The translations under genes were made by a program, and so were the position numbers. Below, piece after piece: positions 10,254-24,457 of a DNA stretch of 32,000 bases. The stretch is from Candidatus Moranella endobia PCIT (lineage in GTDB: Bacteria > Pseudomonadota > Gammaproteobacteria > Enterobacterales > Enterobacteriaceae). Below the pieces are notes generated by a model, which worked only from the letters and a program-made list of their open reading frames with translations, searched no databases and was not told the DNA's origin. How positions within the stretch are numbered: the stretch's first letter is position 1; each line of letters opens with the position of its first letter. The DNA is taken from the NCBI RefSeq assembly GCF_000219175.1, contig NC_015735.1, forward strand, positions 480,001 to 512,000. Reading direction: 5' to 3'.

Positions 10254-11522
10254 TTATTGCCAGTTGAGCAGATAGTAGTGTTTCTTCCCAATACGCAACA
10301 AGGTATAACGGCCATATAACCTATCAACATCGTTAAAAACATAATCTAAATCTGCCTGTTTTTCCCCGTTTACCGCCACCGCGTTGGAACTGATCATGGT
10401 ACGAGCCTGCCTGCGCGATTGAGCTAGCTCAGTAGCTACCAGCGCCTGCTGTAAATTAGCCCCTCTCTCAATAACTAACGTTGGCATGCCGTCCTGGGCC
10501 AATTGGGTTAAATCATCCTCGGTTAGGTCTGCTAGCTTGCCGGTGAACAGGCTGGCGGTAATGCGCTTCGCCGTTGCCAATCCTTGCTCGCCGTGTACTA
10601 TGCGAGTTACCTCTTCTGCCAAGACATACTGGGCCAGCGGCGATTTATATCGGTCGCGATCCTCTCGTTCTAGCGCCTCAATAGCTGAAACTGTCATGAA
10701 GGTAAAACGCTTCAAGAAGTTGTACACGTCGCTGTCGGCGGTATTAATCCAGAACTGATAGAACTTATAGGGGCTAGTTTTGCGAGCATCTAGCCACACC
10801 GTGCCGCTCTCGGTCTTACCAAATTTTGTGCCGTCAGCTTTGGTGATAAGCGGCACGGTCAAGCCATAAACCTTTTGTTGATGCAATCTGCGCGTCAAAT
10901 CGATACCATAGGTGATATTTCCCCACTGGTCAGAACCACCAATCTGCAGTTTCACACCGTATTGTTTATACAGGCAAGCAAAATCGTAGCTTTGCAATAA
11001 ACTATAGGCAAACTCGGTAAAAGAGATACCACTATCTTCACGGAAGAACCGCTGCTTTACCGAAGCTTTATTAATCATCTGATTGATTGAAAAATGTTTA
11101 CCAATATTTAGTAGGAATGTTATCAAGTTCATCGATTCAAACCAGTCATAGTTATTGGCAGCGATGGCGCTGTTGGCGCTGCTGCCAAAATCTAGGAACA
11201 GCGATACCTGGCGTTCAATGTTTCTCATCCATTCCTGTACGTTATCCGTGATATTTAGCTTACGCTCGGTCGCTTTGAAACTTGGATCGCCGATCAGTCC
11301 GGTGGCGCCGCCTATGAGCACCACTGGCCGGTGACCGGCCAGTTGGAAGCGTTTCAGACAAAGCAAGGGAACCAAATGTCCCAAATGCAAGCTATCGGCG
11401 GTTGGATCGAAGCCACAATACAAAGCAATCGGTCCTGCCGACAACTGCTCGGCTAACGCCTGTTCATCAGTGATTTGGGCAATTAGGTCCCGCTCTTGCA
11501 ATTGTTGTATTAGACTCGCCAT
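10254..11522 (-). CDS. tyrS: Tyrosyl-tRNA synthetase
   Basis: Colinear with E. coli TyrS: [55 protein letters not shown] (HIGH motif) and KFGKT (KMSKS-class motif). Start set at ATG 11522, because the track's TTG at 11540 adds 6 unsupported residues. Confidence 0.96.
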   Translation of the reverse strand: MASLIQQLQERDLIAQITDEQALAEQLSAGPIALYCGFDPTADSLHLGHLVPLLCLKRFQLAGHRPVVLIGGATGLIGDPSFKATERKLNITDNVQEWMRNIERQVSLFLDFGSSANSAIAANNYDWFESMNLITFLLNIGKHFSINQMINKASVKQRFFREDSGISFTEFAYSLLQSYDFACLYKQYGVKLQIGGSDQWGNITYGIDLTRRLHQQKVYGLTVPLITKADGTKFGKTESGTVWLDARKTSPYKFYQFWINTADSDVYNFLKRFTFMTVSAIEALEREDRDRYKSPLAQYVLAEEVTRIVHGEQGLATAKRITASLFTGKLADLTEDDLTQLAQDGMPTLVIERGANLQQALVATELAQSRRQARTMISSNAVAVNGEKQADLDYVFNDVDRLYGRYTLLRIGKKHYYLLNWQ

Positions 11523-11727
11523 AAAAAGATCTCTTTGCAAAGAAAAATTTAACTACCGCCTTAGTATTGCCTAGCAAAATGGGCTAAAATCTTGAGTTAT
11601 TCTGTTCTGGCATCTCTTAACTAACTGTGTTTGGCTAAATGGCAAAACCATGATTTTTAGGAGTATATGTTGTACATTGCTAAGTGTTTAACGTTCAAGA
11701 AATAGTGTAATGTTTTTCACTTAACGT

Positions 11728-11817
11728 TGGCGGAGAGACAGGGATTTGAACCCTGGAAGGGATACTTCCCTTAACGGTTTTCGAGACCGTCCCGTTCAAC
11801 CACTCCGGCATCTCTCC
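11728..11817 (-). tRNA. serU: tRNA-Ser (CGA)
   Basis: Reverse complement GGAGAGATGCCGGAGTGGTTGAACGGGACGGTCTCGAAAACCGT-[long variable arm]-CAGGGTTCAAATCCCTGTCTCTCCGCCA. 90 nt with a type-II variable arm, anticodon loop CU-CGA-AA and encoded CCA. Confidence 0.94.
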
Positions 11818-12045
11818 TGTTAACTATCGCTATCTATAATGCCCGGTTTTGCAGTATTTTCATAGTATTAATAATCTATTACTAACTATTCTAGTGTAGT
11901 GACAACTGAACTACTCCATAATCTGCCTATTTTAAACAATTTAATTATAGGTGCTTGCTTCACAAGCCAATGACTAATAGGAGCTTAAAAGCAATAATTA
12001 GGCGGTAAAAAATTTTGCAATGTTGTTGTTTAATGCTGTTATTTG

Positions 12046-12074
12046 TTGACAACATATTCATTTACCATTACTAT
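12046..12074 (+). promoter_or_regulatory. Candidate sigma-70 promoter for tRNA-Asn
   Basis: TTGACA (12046-12051) - 17 nt - TACTAT (12069-12074). The mature tRNA starts 20 nt downstream of the -10 element. Confidence 0.55.
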
Positions 12075-12093
12075 TTTCATTTATTATGCTTAT

Positions 12094-12169
12094 TCCTCTG
12101 TAGTTCAGTTGGTAGAACGGCGGACTGTTAATCCGTATGTCACTGGTTCGAGTCCAGTCAGAGGAGCCA
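12094..12169 (+). tRNA. asnT: tRNA-Asn (GTT)
   Basis: TCCTCTGTAGTTCAGTTGGTAGAACGGCGGACTGTTAATCCGTATGTCACTGGTTCGAGTCCAGTCAGAGGAGCCA is essentially identical to E. coli tRNA-Asn. The paralogue name is arbitrary. Confidence 0.96.
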
Positions 12170-12410
12170 AATTTAAACACCAAACTTAGGTAGCCTTAAG
12201 CAGCGGTTGCTGGTTAAGCTGTTAAGAAGCTCTTTAGTGATGGTCGCTAGCACGCACTGAACTCGCAACAGCTCCTGTATGTTTTATATTATCATCTGTA
12301 CTCCAGGTTTTTACTTTACCGCCTATGCCCAAGCATAGGCGGTACTGTGTTATCCAGTATTTCCCGCAGTGTTTGATCAGCAAAGATTAAAGATTATTGA
12401 GGAACTTGCT

Positions 12411-13987
<1,577 letters not shown>

Positions 13988-14020
13988 TAAGCTTCTAGTA
14001 AGCTTACATAGCTGTGAGTT

Positions 14021-14677
14021 ATGAACGCTAATCATACCTGTGCACCAGTGCCACAAAGAATTGGTCTTTATCCTGTCGTAGATTCGTTGGTTTGGCTGGT
14101 GCGCATACTTGATGCCGGCATCAAGACAGTACAATTACGCATAAAAAAACTCAGAGAACCGCAGGTAGCGGCAGAGATCGAAGCGGCGGTCATGCTAGGT
14201 CGCCGCTATGAAGCCCGGGTATTTATCAACGATTACTGGCAGCTAGCTATGCATTATGGTGCTTACGGTGTACATCTTGGCCAGGATGATATGTATAGCG
14301 CTGACGCTACCGCCATACGCAACGCTGGCTTGCGCCTTGGTCTGTCTGCCCACGACAAGACAGAGATCGTGCGCGCGCTGGTTTGGCAGCCATCTTATAT
14401 AGCAATCGGTCATATCTTTCCAACTACTACAAAAGTAATGACCTCTGACTATCAAGGGCTGGAGCAGTTGCAGCAGCTGGTCACAGAGCTGCCACCAATT
14501 CCCACCGTTGCTATCGGGGGAATAAGTTGTGAACAGGTAGAGGCTGTACTGATGTGTGGGGTGGGAAGTGTAGCAGTGGTAAGCGCTATTACCAGCGCAC
14601 CAGACTGGCGCCAGGCAATATACGCCTTACAATCTATCATAGCGCAGCAGCATGGGAGCGCGACCATTGGCCGTTGA
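14021..14677 (+). CDS. thiE: Thiamine-phosphate synthase ThiE (apparently intact)
   Basis: 218-aa ORF ..[24 protein letters not shown].......E...A..LGRRY.AR.FINDYW.LA....AYGVHLGQ.D......AIR.AGLRLG.S.HD..E...AL...PSYIA.GH.FPT.TK.M.S..QGLEQL......L...PTVAIGGIS.......GVGS.AVVSAIT.A.DWR. Colinear with E. coli ThiE, with no frameshifts or stops. Confidence 0.88.
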   Translation: MNANHTCAPVPQRIGLYPVVDSLVWLVRILDAGIKTVQLRIKKLREPQVAAEIEAAVMLGRRYEARVFINDYWQLAMHYGAYGVHLGQDDMYSADATAIRNAGLRLGLSAHDKTEIVRALVWQPSYIAIGHIFPTTTKVMTSDYQGLEQLQQLVTELPPIPTVAIGGISCEQVEAVLMCGVGSVAVVSAITSAPDWRQAIYALQSIIAQQHGSATIGR

Positions 14678-14717
14678 TGCGCCCGCCGGCTGGCCTATCT
14701 ATGGTTACGTTACTATG

Positions 14718-14744
14718 GCGCGGAATCGAACAACCATTCCGCGC
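14718..14744. terminator. 9-bp GC-rich hairpin in the 80-bp spacer between convergent thiE and rpoC (terminator candidate, no U-tract on either strand)
   Basis: gcgcggaat-cgaacaacc-attccgcgc. This is the only strong secondary structure between the two stop codons. Confidence 0.4.
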
Positions 14745-14757
14745 GAGCAAATGACAA

Positions 14758-17700
14758 TCAGTTGGTTTTGCCGTTCAAGCCGGCGTTCAGAAGTTCAGAC
14801 AAATTTGTATAAGCATCCTCAGCGGTAATCTGCGCTTCGCCCTGCTGACGATGACGAGTACGTTCCTGATGATAAGCGTAGCCGGTGCCGGCTGGAATTA
14901 AACGGCCGACGATCACATTTTCCTTCAGACCACGTAGCTCATCACGTTTACCGGCTACGGCTGCTTCGGTCAACACGCGAGTTGTTTCCTGGAATGAAGC
15001 GGCGGATATAAACGACTCAGTTGCTAGCGAAGCTTTAGTAATACCTAGCAGATCGCGCATGTAGGTTATTTCTGCCTTACCTTCTTGTTCCAACTTACGG
15101 TTAGTTATCTTGATACGAGAGTATTCAGCCTGTTCTCCTTCCAGAAACTCAGAGCAGCCGCTGCTAGTGATTGTCGCTTTACGTAACATCTGACGAATAA
15201 TAACTTCGATGTGTTTATCGTTGATCTTAACACCCTGCAGACGGTAAACATCCTGGACTTCTTGGATGATATAGCTGGTTACAGCATGCACGCCACGTAG
15301 ACGAAGAATGTCGTGCGGTGATTCCGGACCATCGGAAATCACATCACCGCGTTCTACGAGTTCACCTTCAAAGACGTTTAGCTGCCGCCATTTTGGGATC
15401 ATTTCTTCGTAAGTGTCACTACCATCTACTGGCGATATAACTAGGCGGCGTTTGCCTTTGGTTTCTTTACCAAAAGTAACAATACCGCTTCTCTCTGCCA
15501 GAATTGCTGGTTCTTTAGGGCGGCGGGCTTCAAATAGATCGGCAACTCGTGGAAGACCACCGGTAATATCTTTGGTACCGCTAGTTTCCTGCGGTAAACG
15601 CGCTAGCGTATCGCCGCTGGTGATTTTTGCGCCATCTTCCAACTGAACTATAGTTTTACCCGGAAGAAAATATTGTGCTGGTATATCTGTTCCAGGCAAC
15701 CGCACATCTTTGCCGTTAGCATCTATAATACGCAACGCCGGTCGCAGCTCTTTACCGCCGCTGGTACGTTCAGCGGTATCCAGCACCACAATCGAGGATA
15801 AACCAGTCAGTTCGTCGGTTTGTCTGGTAATGGTCTGTCCGTCGATCATATCAGTGAAGCGGACGAAACCGTCTACTTCCGTGATTACTGGCATGGTATG
15901 TGGATCCCAATTGGCCACTGTTTCTCCACCAATTATCTCGGCACCGTCGCCTTTGGCCATCACGGCACCATAAGGCACTTTATAACTTTCTTTAGTACGG
16001 CTGAATTCGTCAATTAGCTTCAACTCGGTATTACGTGAAGTAATCACTAGCTTGCCGCCGCCGTTAACTACAAACTTGGCGTTGCTTAACCTAAGGATAC
16101 CTTTGTTTCTCACTTGAATACTGGATTCGGCAGCAGCACGGGACGCAGCACCGCCGATATGGAACGTACGCATAGTAAGCTGCGTTCCAGGCTCGCCGAT
16201 GGACTGCGCGGCTATAACGCCGATAGCTTCGCCTTTGTTCACCAAATATCCCCTAGCTAAATCTCGGCCGTAGCAGTTGGCGCAAACGCCAAAATCCGTG
16301 TTACAGGTCACCACTGAACGCACCTTGACGCTATCAACCGAGTTTTCTTCTAGCACGTCACACCAATGCTCGTGTAATAGAGTATTACGCGCCATCAGAA
16401 GGTCGGCAGTACCAGGTTTTAGGACTGCTTCTGCCGTTACGCGGCCAAGCACGCGTTCGCGTAGTGGTTCTTTCACATCTCCGCCTTCGATAACCGGGGT
16501 CATCACAATACCGGCAAAAGTACCACAGTCATCCTCAGTCACCACCAGATCCTGCGCTACATCAACTAAGCGACGAGTTAGGTAACCTGAGTTCGCGGTT
16601 TTCAGTGCCGTATCCGCCAAACCCTTACGTGCCCCGTGGGTGGAGATAAAGTACTGGAGGACGTTTAGACCTTCCCGGAAGTTTGCAGTAATCGGTGTTT
16701 CTATAATCGAACCATCTGGCTTAGCCATCAGACCACGCATACCTGCTAGCTGGCGAATTTGCGCCGCCGAACCACGGGCACCGGAGTCAGCCATCATGAA
16801 GATGCTATTGAAAGATAACTGCCGCTCTTCCTCGCCGTCACGGTTAATAACTGCTTCGGTGGAAAGATTATCCATCATAGACTTAGCAACGCGCTCGTTG
16901 GCAGCGGCCCATATATCTATCACTTTGTTATAGCGTTCACCAGCGGTAACCAGACCTGACTGAAACTGCTCTTGGATCTCGGCCACTTCTGATTCTGCTT
17001 CATCAATAATTTCGGCTTTCTTCTCAGGAATAACCATATCATCGATACCGACAGAAGAGCCGGAACGGGCAGCGTAGGTGAAACCTGTATACATAATCTG
17101 GTCGGCAAAAATTACGGTTGACTTTAGACCAAGCACGCGATAGCAAGTATTCAGCATCTTGGATATGGCTTTTTTGCCAAGTACCTGGTTAACTAGCGAG
17201 AATGGCAATCCCTTTGGCACGATCATCCACAAGATGGCGCGGCCGACTGTAGTATCAACCAGACTGGTGTTTTCCACCCATTCACCGTTATCAATGTTCT
17301 CATGCTCGGTGATACGTACTTTAACGCGGGCATGCAGCTTAGCTAATCCTGCACGGTAGATACGCTCCGCTTCTTTTGGCCCGTTTAACACCATACCTTC
17401 GCCTTTGCTGTTGACGCGATCGTTGGTCATATAGTAAAGACCCAGCACCACGTCCTGCGACGGCACGATAATAGGCTCGCCGTTAGCCGGAGACAGAATA
17501 TTATTGGTGGACATCATAAGTGCACGAGCTTCCAACTGGGCTTCTAGTGTAAGTGGAACATGTACCGCCATCTGGTCACCGTCAAAATCGGCGTTGTAAG
17601 CAGCACACACCAGCGGATGCAGTTGAATGGCTTTACCTTCAATTAGCACCGGCTCAAACGCCTGGATACCGAGACGGTGCAGCGTCGGCGCCCGGTTCAG

Positions 17701-18966
17701 CATTACCGGGTGTTCGCGGATCACCTCGTCCATGATATCCCAGACCACGGCTTCTTCGCGTTCCACCATTTTCTTGGCGGCTTTGATCGTCGTGGCAAAG
17801 CCACGCAGTTCAAGTTTGCCGTAAATGAATGGTTTGAAAAGCTCAAGCGCCATTTTTTTCGGCAGACCGCACTGATGCAGACGTAGGTAAGGACCAACGG
17901 TAATCACCGAGCGGCCGGAGTAGTCGACGCGTTTACCTAGTAGGTTTTGACGAAAACGACCTTGCTTACCTTTAATCATGTCGGCAAGAGATTTAAGCGG
18001 ACGCTTGTTTGAACCGGTAATAGCGCGTCCGCGCCGACCGTTATCTAGCAACGCGTCTACTGCTTCTTGCAACATACGCTTTTCGTTGCGAACAATGATA
18101 TCCGGTGCCGCCAGATCCAGTAGGCGCTTCAAACGGTTGTTACGATTGATCACCCGGCGATACAGATCGTTCAGATCAGAAGTGGCAAATCGGCCGCCAT
18201 CCAGTGGGACCAGCGGACGTAAATCTGGCGGCAATACTGGTAAAACGGTGAAGATCATCCACTCAGGCTTATTGCCGCTTTGCAAAAATGCTTCCATCAG
18301 CTTGATGCGCTTGGTCAGCTTTTTATGTTTGGTTTCTGAATTGGTTTCTGCCAACTCTTCGTATAACTGCTTGCATTCATGCTCTAAATCAATATTTTTT
18401 AACAGCGATTGGATCGCTTCAGCACCCATTTTGGCTTCAAATTCGTCACCAAATTCTTCCAGCGCGTCAAGATATTGCTCTTCAGTAAGAATCTGATGGG
18501 GCGCAAGGTTGGTCATGCCGCCTTCAACTACAACATAGTATTCAAAATATAGCACGCGTTCGATATCTCGTAGCGGCATATCTAGTAGTAAGCCGATACG
18601 AGACGGTAGCGATTTTAAAAACCAGATGTGGGCGGTGGGCGCGGCGAGCTCTATATGACCCATACGTTCACGACGAACCTTGATTTGTGTAACTTCAACG
18701 CCACACTTCTCACAGATTACGCCGCGGTGTTTCAAGCGCTTGTATTTACCGCATAGGCATTCATAGTCTTTCACTGGTCCGAAAATACGTGCGCAGAAAA
18801 GACCATCTCGCTCCGGTTTAAAGGTACGGTAGTTAATGGTTTCAGGCTTTTTAACTTCACCGAAAGACCAAGAACGGATCATATCTGGCGAAGCCAGCGT
18901 AATTTTGAGCGCATCAAACTCTTCGTTTTTAATTTGTGCTGTAAGAAATTTAAGTAAATCTTTCAC
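14758..18966 (-). CDS. rpoC: DNA-directed RNA polymerase subunit beta'
   Basis: 1402-aa [92 protein letters not shown]... with the [12 protein letters not shown] catalytic motif. Colinear with E. coli RpoC (1407 aa). Confidence 0.99.
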   Translation of the reverse strand: MKDLLKFLTAQIKNEEFDALKITLASPDMIRSWSFGEVKKPETINYRTFKPERDGLFCARIFGPVKDYECLCGKYKRLKHRGVICEKCGVEVTQIKVRRERMGHIELAAPTAHIWFLKSLPSRIGLLLDMPLRDIERVLYFEYYVVVEGGMTNLAPHQILTEEQYLDALEEFGDEFEAKMGAEAIQSLLKNIDLEHECKQLYEELAETNSETKHKKLTKRIKLMEAFLQSGNKPEWMIFTVLPVLPPDLRPLVPLDGGRFATSDLNDLYRRVINRNNRLKRLLDLAAPDIIVRNEKRMLQEAVDALLDNGRRGRAITGSNKRPLKSLADMIKGKQGRFRQNLLGKRVDYSGRSVITVGPYLRLHQCGLPKKMALELFKPFIYGKLELRGFATTIKAAKKMVEREEAVVWDIMDEVIREHPVMLNRAPTLHRLGIQAFEPVLIEGKAIQLHPLVCAAYNADFDGDQMAVHVPLTLEAQLEARALMMSTNNILSPANGEPIIVPSQDVVLGLYYMTNDRVNSKGEGMVLNGPKEAERIYRAGLAKLHARVKVRITEHENIDNGEWVENTSLVDTTVGRAILWMIVPKGLPFSLVNQVLGKKAISKMLNTCYRVLGLKSTVIFADQIMYTGFTYAARSGSSVGIDDMVIPEKKAEIIDEAESEVAEIQEQFQSGLVTAGERYNKVIDIWAAANERVAKSMMDNLSTEAVINRDGEEERQLSFNSIFMMADSGARGSAAQIRQLAGMRGLMAKPDGSIIETPITANFREGLNVLQYFISTHGARKGLADTALKTANSGYLTRRLVDVAQDLVVTEDDCGTFAGIVMTPVIEGGDVKEPLRERVLGRVTAEAVLKPGTADLLMARNTLLHEHWCDVLEENSVDSVKVRSVVTCNTDFGVCANCYGRDLARGYLVNKGEAIGVIAAQSIGEPGTQLTMRTFHIGGAASRAAAESSIQVRNKGILRLSNAKFVVNGGGKLVITSRNTELKLIDEFSRTKESYKVPYGAVMAKGDGAEIIGGETVANWDPHTMPVITEVDGFVRFTDMIDGQTITRQTDELTGLSSIVVLDTAERTSGGKELRPALRIIDANGKDVRLPGTDIPAQYFLPGKTIVQLEDGAKITSGDTLARLPQETSGTKDITGGLPRVADLFEARRPKEPAILAERSGIVTFGKETKGKRRLVISPVDGSDTYEEMIPKWRQLNVFEGELVERGDVISDGPESPHDILRLRGVHAVTSYIIQEVQDVYRLQGVKINDKHIEVIIRQMLRKATITSSGCSEFLEGEQAEYSRIKITNRKLEQEGKAEITYMRDLLGITKASLATESFISAASFQETTRVLTEAAVAGKRDELRGLKENVIVGRLIPAGTGYAYHQERTRHRQQGEAQITAEDAYTNLSELLNAGLNGKTN

Positions 18967-19063
18967 TAATTAGCTCCTGTCGGAGTGGGAAATGTTACAC
19001 ACCTAAAAGCTCATTCGCCCTAATTAACATTATTAACATTGTAAATCGCCCCGATGCAGAACA

Positions 19064-22000
19064 TTAGTGTTCTTCCAGCTCGATATTGATGCCCAGCGAG
19101 CGGATTTCTTTTAGTAAGACGTTAAAAGATTCCGGCATCCCTGGTTCCATCATGTGATTACCATCAACAATGTTTTTGTACATCTTGGTACGACCGTTAA
19201 CATCATCCGACTTAACGGTAAGCATTTCCTGCAAGGTGTACGCCGCGCCGTAGGCTTCCAGCGCCCAAACTTCCATCTCACCGAAGCGTTGGCCACCGAA
19301 CTGAGCTTTCCCCCCTAGCGGCTGCTGGGTAACCATACTGTACGAGCCGGTGGAACGCGCATGCATCTTGTCATCAACCAGATGGTTAAGTTTCAGCATG
19401 TACATATAACCTACAGTAACCTGGCGTTCGAATTGTTCTCCGGTACGACCATCAAACAACGTTATCTGACCTGAGGTCAGCAAGCCACTGAACTGCAGAA
19501 GCTCCTTTATTTCTTTCTCTTTAGCCCCATCAAACACTGGCGTTGATATAGGCATACCTTTCTTCAAATTTTCTGCTAGACGCAACACTTCTTCATCGGA
19601 GAATGTGTTGAGATCCACCGTCTGGCGCAAGTTGTCACCTAAATTATAGGCCTTCTGGATAAAATCACGCAGTTTAGCAACTTCTGTTTGCTGCTTGAGC
19701 ATAGTATTGATCTGATCGCCAATACCTTTGGCTGCCATACCCAAATGGGTTTCCAGAATCTGGCCAATGTTCATACGCGATGGTACCCCCAGGGGGTTCA
19801 GAACGATATCCACCGGTACGCCGTTTTCATCGTACGGCATATCTTCGATCGGATTGATCTTGGAGATAACGCCCTTGTTACCATGACGACCAGCCATTTT
19901 GTCGCCCGGCTGAATTTGACGTTTAACCGCTAGGTACACCTTGACTATTTTCAGCACGCCAGGGGCTAAATCATCACCCTGGGTGATCTTACGGCTTTTG
20001 GCTTCCAGCTTCTTCTCGAAATCGTACTTAAGAGCTTCATATTGCGCTGCGAGCTGTTCGAGCTGATTCTGCTTATCTTCATCTGCTAGTTTCAGTTCAA
20101 GCCAGTGATCATGGGTTAGGTTGTCCAGCTTATCCGTTTCGATGCCGCCGGAAATCAGAACATCGTGAATACGGGCAAACAGGCCGGCTTCAAATATTTG
20201 TAATTCTTCGGTCAAGTCTTTTTTGGCCTGTTTTAGCTGCATATTCTCTATTTCTAATGCCCGCTTGTCTTTTTCTATGCCATCGCGGGTAAACACCTGC
20301 ACATCAATAACAGTACCGTAAACGCCGTTCGGCACGCGTAGTGAAGAGTCTTTAACGTCGGAGGCTTTTTCACCAAAGATGGCGCGCAATAGTTTCTCTT
20401 CTGGCGTCAGCTGGGTTTCACCTTTTGGTGTTACCTTACCTACCAGAATATCACAGCCGGTAACTTCCGCACCTATATAAACTATACCGGACTTATCTAG
20501 TTTGGAGAGAGCAGCTTCACCAACGTTAGGAATATCTGCTGTAATCTCCTCCGGCCCAAGCTTAGTATCTCTTGATACGCATGCCAGTTCCTGAATATGG
20601 ATGGTGGTGAACAGATCGTCCTGTACTACGCGCTCCGAGACCAACATCGAGTCTTCAAAGTTATAACCGTTCCATGGCATAAAAGCGATGCGCATATTCT
20701 GACCTAGCGCCAGCTCACCAAGATCTGTTGACGGACCGTCTGCTAGCACGTCACCGCGTTCAACTTGCTCATCCAATGAAACGCAAGGTTTCTGGTTTAT
20801 ACAAGTGTTCTGGTTGGAACGAATGTATTTGGTCAGATTGTAAATATCAATGCCGGCTTCTCCCGGATACATTTCATCCGGATTAACGTTAATTATGATA
20901 CGTGAGGCGTCCACGTACTGTACCGTTCCTCCTCTTTTAGCCACGGCAGTGACGCCGGAATCAACTGCCACCGCTCGCTCCATACCGGTACCGACTAGCG
21001 GCTTTTCAGCACGTATAGTTGGTATCGCCTGACGCTGCATATTCGCACCCATCAATGCTCGGTTGGCGTCGTCGTGCTCCAGGAATGGAATCAGTGATGC
21101 GCCGACCGATACCACCTGCTGGGTTGATACGTCCATATAATCAATCTGATCACGGTTAAACAAGCTAGATTCGCCCCGGCTGCGGCAGGTCACCAAATCA
21201 TCGACAAAACGACCATCTTCGCCAAGGTTGGTATTAGCCTGCGCGATAACGAAATTGCCTTCTTCAATCGCAGAAAGATAATTGATTTCGTCTGTTACCA
21301 CACCTTTCAGCACACGTCGATAGGGAGTTTCAAGGAAACCGTATTCGTTAGTCTGTGCATATACGGAGAGCGAGTTGATAAGACCTATGTTCGGCCCTTC
21401 TGGTGTTTCTATGGGACACACTCGGCCGTAATGGGTTGGATGCACGTCGCGCACTTCAAATCCTGCACGCTCACGGGTTAGACCGCCCGGACCTAGCGCG
21501 GAGATGCGGCGCTTGTGGGTAATTTCGGAAAGTGGGTTATTCTGATCCATAAACTGCGACAGCTGGCTGGAACCAAAAAACTCTTTCACCGCAGCTGAAA
21601 TAGGTTTGGCGTTGATTATGTCCTGCGGCAGTAAAGTATCTATATCTCCTAAAGACAGACGCTCTTTTACCGCGCGCTCCACGCGCACCAGACCAACTCG
21701 GAATTGGTTTTCCGCCATTTCTCCCACGGAACGGATGCGGCGATTACCCAAGTGGTCAATATCGTCGACTTCACCTTTACCGTTGCGGATATCGATGAGT
21801 TTTTTCATTACGTCAATAATATCGTCCTGACTAAGGATGCCAGAACCTTCGATATTTTCACGTAGCAGCGAACGGTTGAATTTCATCCGTCCTACTGCAG
21901 AAAGATCGTAACGATCGTCCGAGAAGAATAGATTGTCAAATAAATGCTCGGCAGTTTCGCGAGTAGGTGGCTCGCCTGGCCGCATCACACGGTATATTTC

Positions 22001-23092
22001 CACCAACGCACTCAGGCGATCGTTGGTTTGATCAATGCGCAATGTTTCTGAAATATAGGCGCCGTGGTCAAGATCGTTAGTGAACAGAGTCTCAATACGC
22101 TTGAAACCCAATTGCATCAGTTTAGCCAAAAGATCTAGATTCAGTGCCATATTTGCTGGCACGATAATTTCACCCGTGTTTTCATCTATGTAATCTTTTG
22201 CTACCACTTTGCCAACAATGTATTCGGCCGGCACTACGATCTTATTGACGTGATCTTGTTCTAATTGACGAATATGGCGTGTGGTTATACAGCGTCCTTT
22301 TTCAACATAAACGGTGCCGTTGGCAGTAATATCAAATGATGCTGTTTCACCACGTAAGCGCTCAGGTATAAGCTCCATCTGCAGCTTTTTATGGTAAATT
22401 TCGTAGACTACTTTCTCGAAGAACGTATCCAAGATCTGGCTAGTACTATAATTAAGCGCTCGCAGAATAATGGTCGCCGGAAATTTTCGGCGGCGGTCTA
22501 TACGGACGAATAAATGGTCCTTAGGGTCGAATTCAAAATCCAACCAAGATCCTCGGTAAGGAATAATACGGGCATTGTAAAGTACTTTACCAGAGGAGTG
22601 TGTTTTACCCTTGTCGCTGTCAAAAAATACGCCGGGGCTACGGTGTAGCTGGGAAACAATCACACGTTCGGTGCCGTTGATGACAAAGGTACCATTGTCA
22701 GTCATGAACGGTATTTCGCCCATGTAGACTTCCTGCTCCTTGATATCTTGTACCGTACCAGCCGGTGCTTCGCGATCAAAAGTGATAAGGCGTAACTTCA
22801 CGCGCAGCGGTACGGAAAACGTTATCCCACGAATCTGGCACTCTTTAACATCAAAAACAGGCTCGCCAAGACGATAACTCACATATTGCAATGCAGCGTT
22901 GCCGCTGTAGCTCTGTACTGGAAATATGGAACGAAAAGCTGCTTCCAGCCCGTACTGACCTTCCGGGTCTTGCTCGATAAACTTCTTAAAAGAGTCTAGC
23001 TGGATGGAGAGGAGATAGGGAACGTCTAAAACTTGCGGACGTTTGCCAAAATCCTTACGAATGCGTTTTTTTTCGGTATAGGAGTAAACCAT
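19064..23092 (-). CDS. rpoB: DNA-directed RNA polymerase subunit beta
   Basis: 1342-aa [65 protein letters not shown]. Same length as E. coli RpoB. The rifampicin-region sequence [34 protein letters not shown] is wild-type. GAGGA Shine-Dalgarno upstream. Confidence 0.99.
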   Translation of the reverse strand: MVYSYTEKKRIRKDFGKRPQVLDVPYLLSIQLDSFKKFIEQDPEGQYGLEAAFRSIFPVQSYSGNAALQYVSYRLGEPVFDVKECQIRGITFSVPLRVKLRLITFDREAPAGTVQDIKEQEVYMGEIPFMTDNGTFVINGTERVIVSQLHRSPGVFFDSDKGKTHSSGKVLYNARIIPYRGSWLDFEFDPKDHLFVRIDRRRKFPATIILRALNYSTSQILDTFFEKVVYEIYHKKLQMELIPERLRGETASFDITANGTVYVEKGRCITTRHIRQLEQDHVNKIVVPAEYIVGKVVAKDYIDENTGEIIVPANMALNLDLLAKLMQLGFKRIETLFTNDLDHGAYISETLRIDQTNDRLSALVEIYRVMRPGEPPTRETAEHLFDNLFFSDDRYDLSAVGRMKFNRSLLRENIEGSGILSQDDIIDVMKKLIDIRNGKGEVDDIDHLGNRRIRSVGEMAENQFRVGLVRVERAVKERLSLGDIDTLLPQDIINAKPISAAVKEFFGSSQLSQFMDQNNPLSEITHKRRISALGPGGLTRERAGFEVRDVHPTHYGRVCPIETPEGPNIGLINSLSVYAQTNEYGFLETPYRRVLKGVVTDEINYLSAIEEGNFVIAQANTNLGEDGRFVDDLVTCRSRGESSLFNRDQIDYMDVSTQQVVSVGASLIPFLEHDDANRALMGANMQRQAIPTIRAEKPLVGTGMERAVAVDSGVTAVAKRGGTVQYVDASRIIINVNPDEMYPGEAGIDIYNLTKYIRSNQNTCINQKPCVSLDEQVERGDVLADGPSTDLGELALGQNMRIAFMPWNGYNFEDSMLVSERVVQDDLFTTIHIQELACVSRDTKLGPEEITADIPNVGEAALSKLDKSGIVYIGAEVTGCDILVGKVTPKGETQLTPEEKLLRAIFGEKASDVKDSSLRVPNGVYGTVIDVQVFTRDGIEKDKRALEIENMQLKQAKKDLTEELQIFEAGLFARIHDVLISGGIETDKLDNLTHDHWLELKLADEDKQNQLEQLAAQYEALKYDFEKKLEAKSRKITQGDDLAPGVLKIVKVYLAVKRQIQPGDKMAGRHGNKGVISKINPIEDMPYDENGVPVDIVLNPLGVPSRMNIGQILETHLGMAAKGIGDQINTMLKQQTEVAKLRDFIQKAYNLGDNLRQTVDLNTFSDEEVLRLAENLKKGMPISTPVFDGAKEKEIKELLQFSGLLTSGQITLFDGRTGEQFERQVTVGYMYMLKLNHLVDDKMHARSTGSYSMVTQQPLGGKAQFGGQRFGEMEVWALEAYGAAYTLQEMLTVKSDDVNGRTKMYKNIVDGNHMMEPGMPESFNVLLKEIRSLGINIELEEH

Positions 23093-23301
23093 ATGGTTCC
23101 TCAGCTAGCTGATCAATAGACCACGGCTACCATATACTAGGACAGTAACAGTACATGCAACACTATGATCTCCGCAAGGCACTTTACTTAACTAGTTAAA
23201 CAGTGAAACTAGGTAGCCGAGGCAGTAGTCGGCGAGGGGATAAAATTTAATAGTTTATCAGTAGTGAACGGATTAGCAACACCAATGATCCCCTACAGCG
23301 C

Positions 23302-23332
23302 AAAAAAGGCTGGTAGCTTTTGGCCACCAGCC
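23302..23332 (-). terminator. rplL-rpoB intergenic attenuator (partial rho-independent terminator)
   Basis: Minus strand GGCTGGTGGC-caaaa-GCTACCAGCC followed by TTTTTT, 37 nt after the rplL stop. This matches the position and form of the known E. coli rplL-rpoB attenuator. Confidence 0.7.
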
Positions 23333-23368
23333 ATCAGCCTAATTCAGGCTGCAACTTATAAGATTAAG

Positions 23369-23737
23369 TTATTTCACTTCCACTGCAGCACCTGCGTCTT
23401 CCAGAGTTCTCTTCAGTGCGTCAGCATCATCTTTGCTCACCCCTTCTTTAAGAGTTACAGGTGCGGATTCAACCGTATCTTTGGCTTCTTTCAGGCCAAG
23501 ACCGGTAGCTCCACGCAGGGCTTTAATAACAGCAACTTTGTTCGCCCCGATTGCACTCAGCACAACGGCAAATTCAGTTTTTTCTTCTGCCGCTTCAGCG
23601 GAAGCAACTTCAGTCACTGCGACCACAGGAGCGGAGGAAACCCCGAATTTTTTTTCCATCATGGATATCATTTCAACCACGTCCATGACGGACATTTCTG
23701 CAACCGCGTCCAGAATTTGTTCTTTAGTGATAGACAT
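23369..23737 (-). CDS. rplL: 50S ribosomal protein L7/L12
   Basis: 122-aa [31 protein letters not shown]......[59 protein letters not shown]. Confidence 0.98.
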   Translation of the reverse strand: MSITKEQILDAVAEMSVMDVVEMISMMEKKFGVSSAPVVAVTEVASAEAAEEKTEFAVVLSAIGANKVAVIKALRGATGLGLKEAKDTVESAPVTLKEGVSKDDADALKRTLEDAGAAVEVK

Positions 23738-23813
23738 AGCTAGTATTCCTAGAATTCAGACAGTTTGTTAACATTTGCAATGGCTTTTGCTTTCTAATAG
23801 ATATAACCGTAAA

Positions 23814-24311
23814 TCATATCGCTGGTTTTTGATCGCACAGTGAAGCTAACGTGCGAACCAGCTCTCCGGCAGAGGCATCTTTCATTACTGACATCATGCG
23901 GACGATTGCTTCTTCGTAAGTTGGTAAATTTGCTAGTCGGTCGATCTGCGATGCAGGAATAACTGTTCCTGCAAAGGCGGCAGCTTTAATTTTAAAATTG
24001 GGATTTGCTGTAGCAAAATTCTTAAACAGACGAGCTGCTGCGCCTGGATGTGTATTAGAAAATGCAATTAAAGTCGGACCTATAAACGTGTCTTTTAGCC
24101 CCTCATACAGGGTGTCTTTCACTATGCGGCACATCAGTGTATTGCGAACAACGCGCATGTAGACACCGGCGGCACGACCTGCTTTACGCAGCTCAGTTAT
24201 TTTATCTACCGTAATGCCGCTTGAATCTGCAACAACGACAGAAGGCGCGTATTTGGCTAATTCGCTGACTTCAGCAACAATAGTTTTTTTGTCTTGAAGA
24301 TTTAATGCCAT
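23814..24311 (-). CDS. rplJ: 50S ribosomal protein L10
   Basis: [49 protein letters not shown]... is 165 aa from ATG 24311, the same length as E. coli L10. AGGAG Shine-Dalgarno lies 13 nt upstream. The track's start at 24347 adds 12 unsupported residues. Confidence 0.96.
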   Translation of the reverse strand: MALNLQDKKTIVAEVSELAKYAPSVVVADSSGITVDKITELRKAGRAAGVYMRVVRNTLMCRIVKDTLYEGLKDTFIGPTLIAFSNTHPGAAARLFKNFATANPNFKIKAAAFAGTVIPASQIDRLANLPTYEEAIVRMMSVMKDASAGELVRTLASLCDQKPAI

Positions 24312-24457
24312 TAGCTTGTATGTACTCCTGGAAGGGGACCACCCCATAATTTAAAGTTAATTTACATACTTTAATCTTGAAATTAAGCTGTCGTCCCTGA
24401 AACCGAAAATGTCGGTATTGCATTTACGGTAAACAAGAAACTACTGTAACGCAATAA

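Noticed and set aside
11660-11701. AGGAG-preceded 12-codon mini-ORF (MLYIAKCLTFKK*) in the tyrS/tRNA-Ser spacer, which could be a leader peptide
   Set aside because: No downstream gene lies on that strand (the next feature is a minus-strand tRNA), and there is no attenuator structure or codon run suggestive of regulation.
12369-12407. tttgatcagc...gaggaac, resembling the 3' half of the thiC THI-box (CCUGAUCAGG...GGGAAC)
   Set aside because: The CUGAGA element and the P2/P3 helices are absent upstream, and the pairing partners for P4/P5 are not conserved. The segment also overlaps the Shine-Dalgarno only 8 nt from the ATG, unlike the E. coli aptamer position. It is treated as chance or decayed beyond recognition.
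14718-14750. ttcgattccgcgcca on the minus strand, which looks like a tRNA T-loop plus CCA end
   Set aside because: There is no acceptor stem between the T-stem and CCA, no D or anticodon arms upstream, and the putative T-stem is interrupted by 8 extra nt. It is better explained as a simple hairpin.
15413-18496. Many 60-170-aa ORFs antisense to rpoC, with similar ones antisense to rpoB, groEL, tufB, thiC and lptF
   Set aside because: These are typical shadow ORFs opposite long, highly conserved coding sequences. They have Ser/Arg/Pro-rich low-complexity translations and no independent signals.
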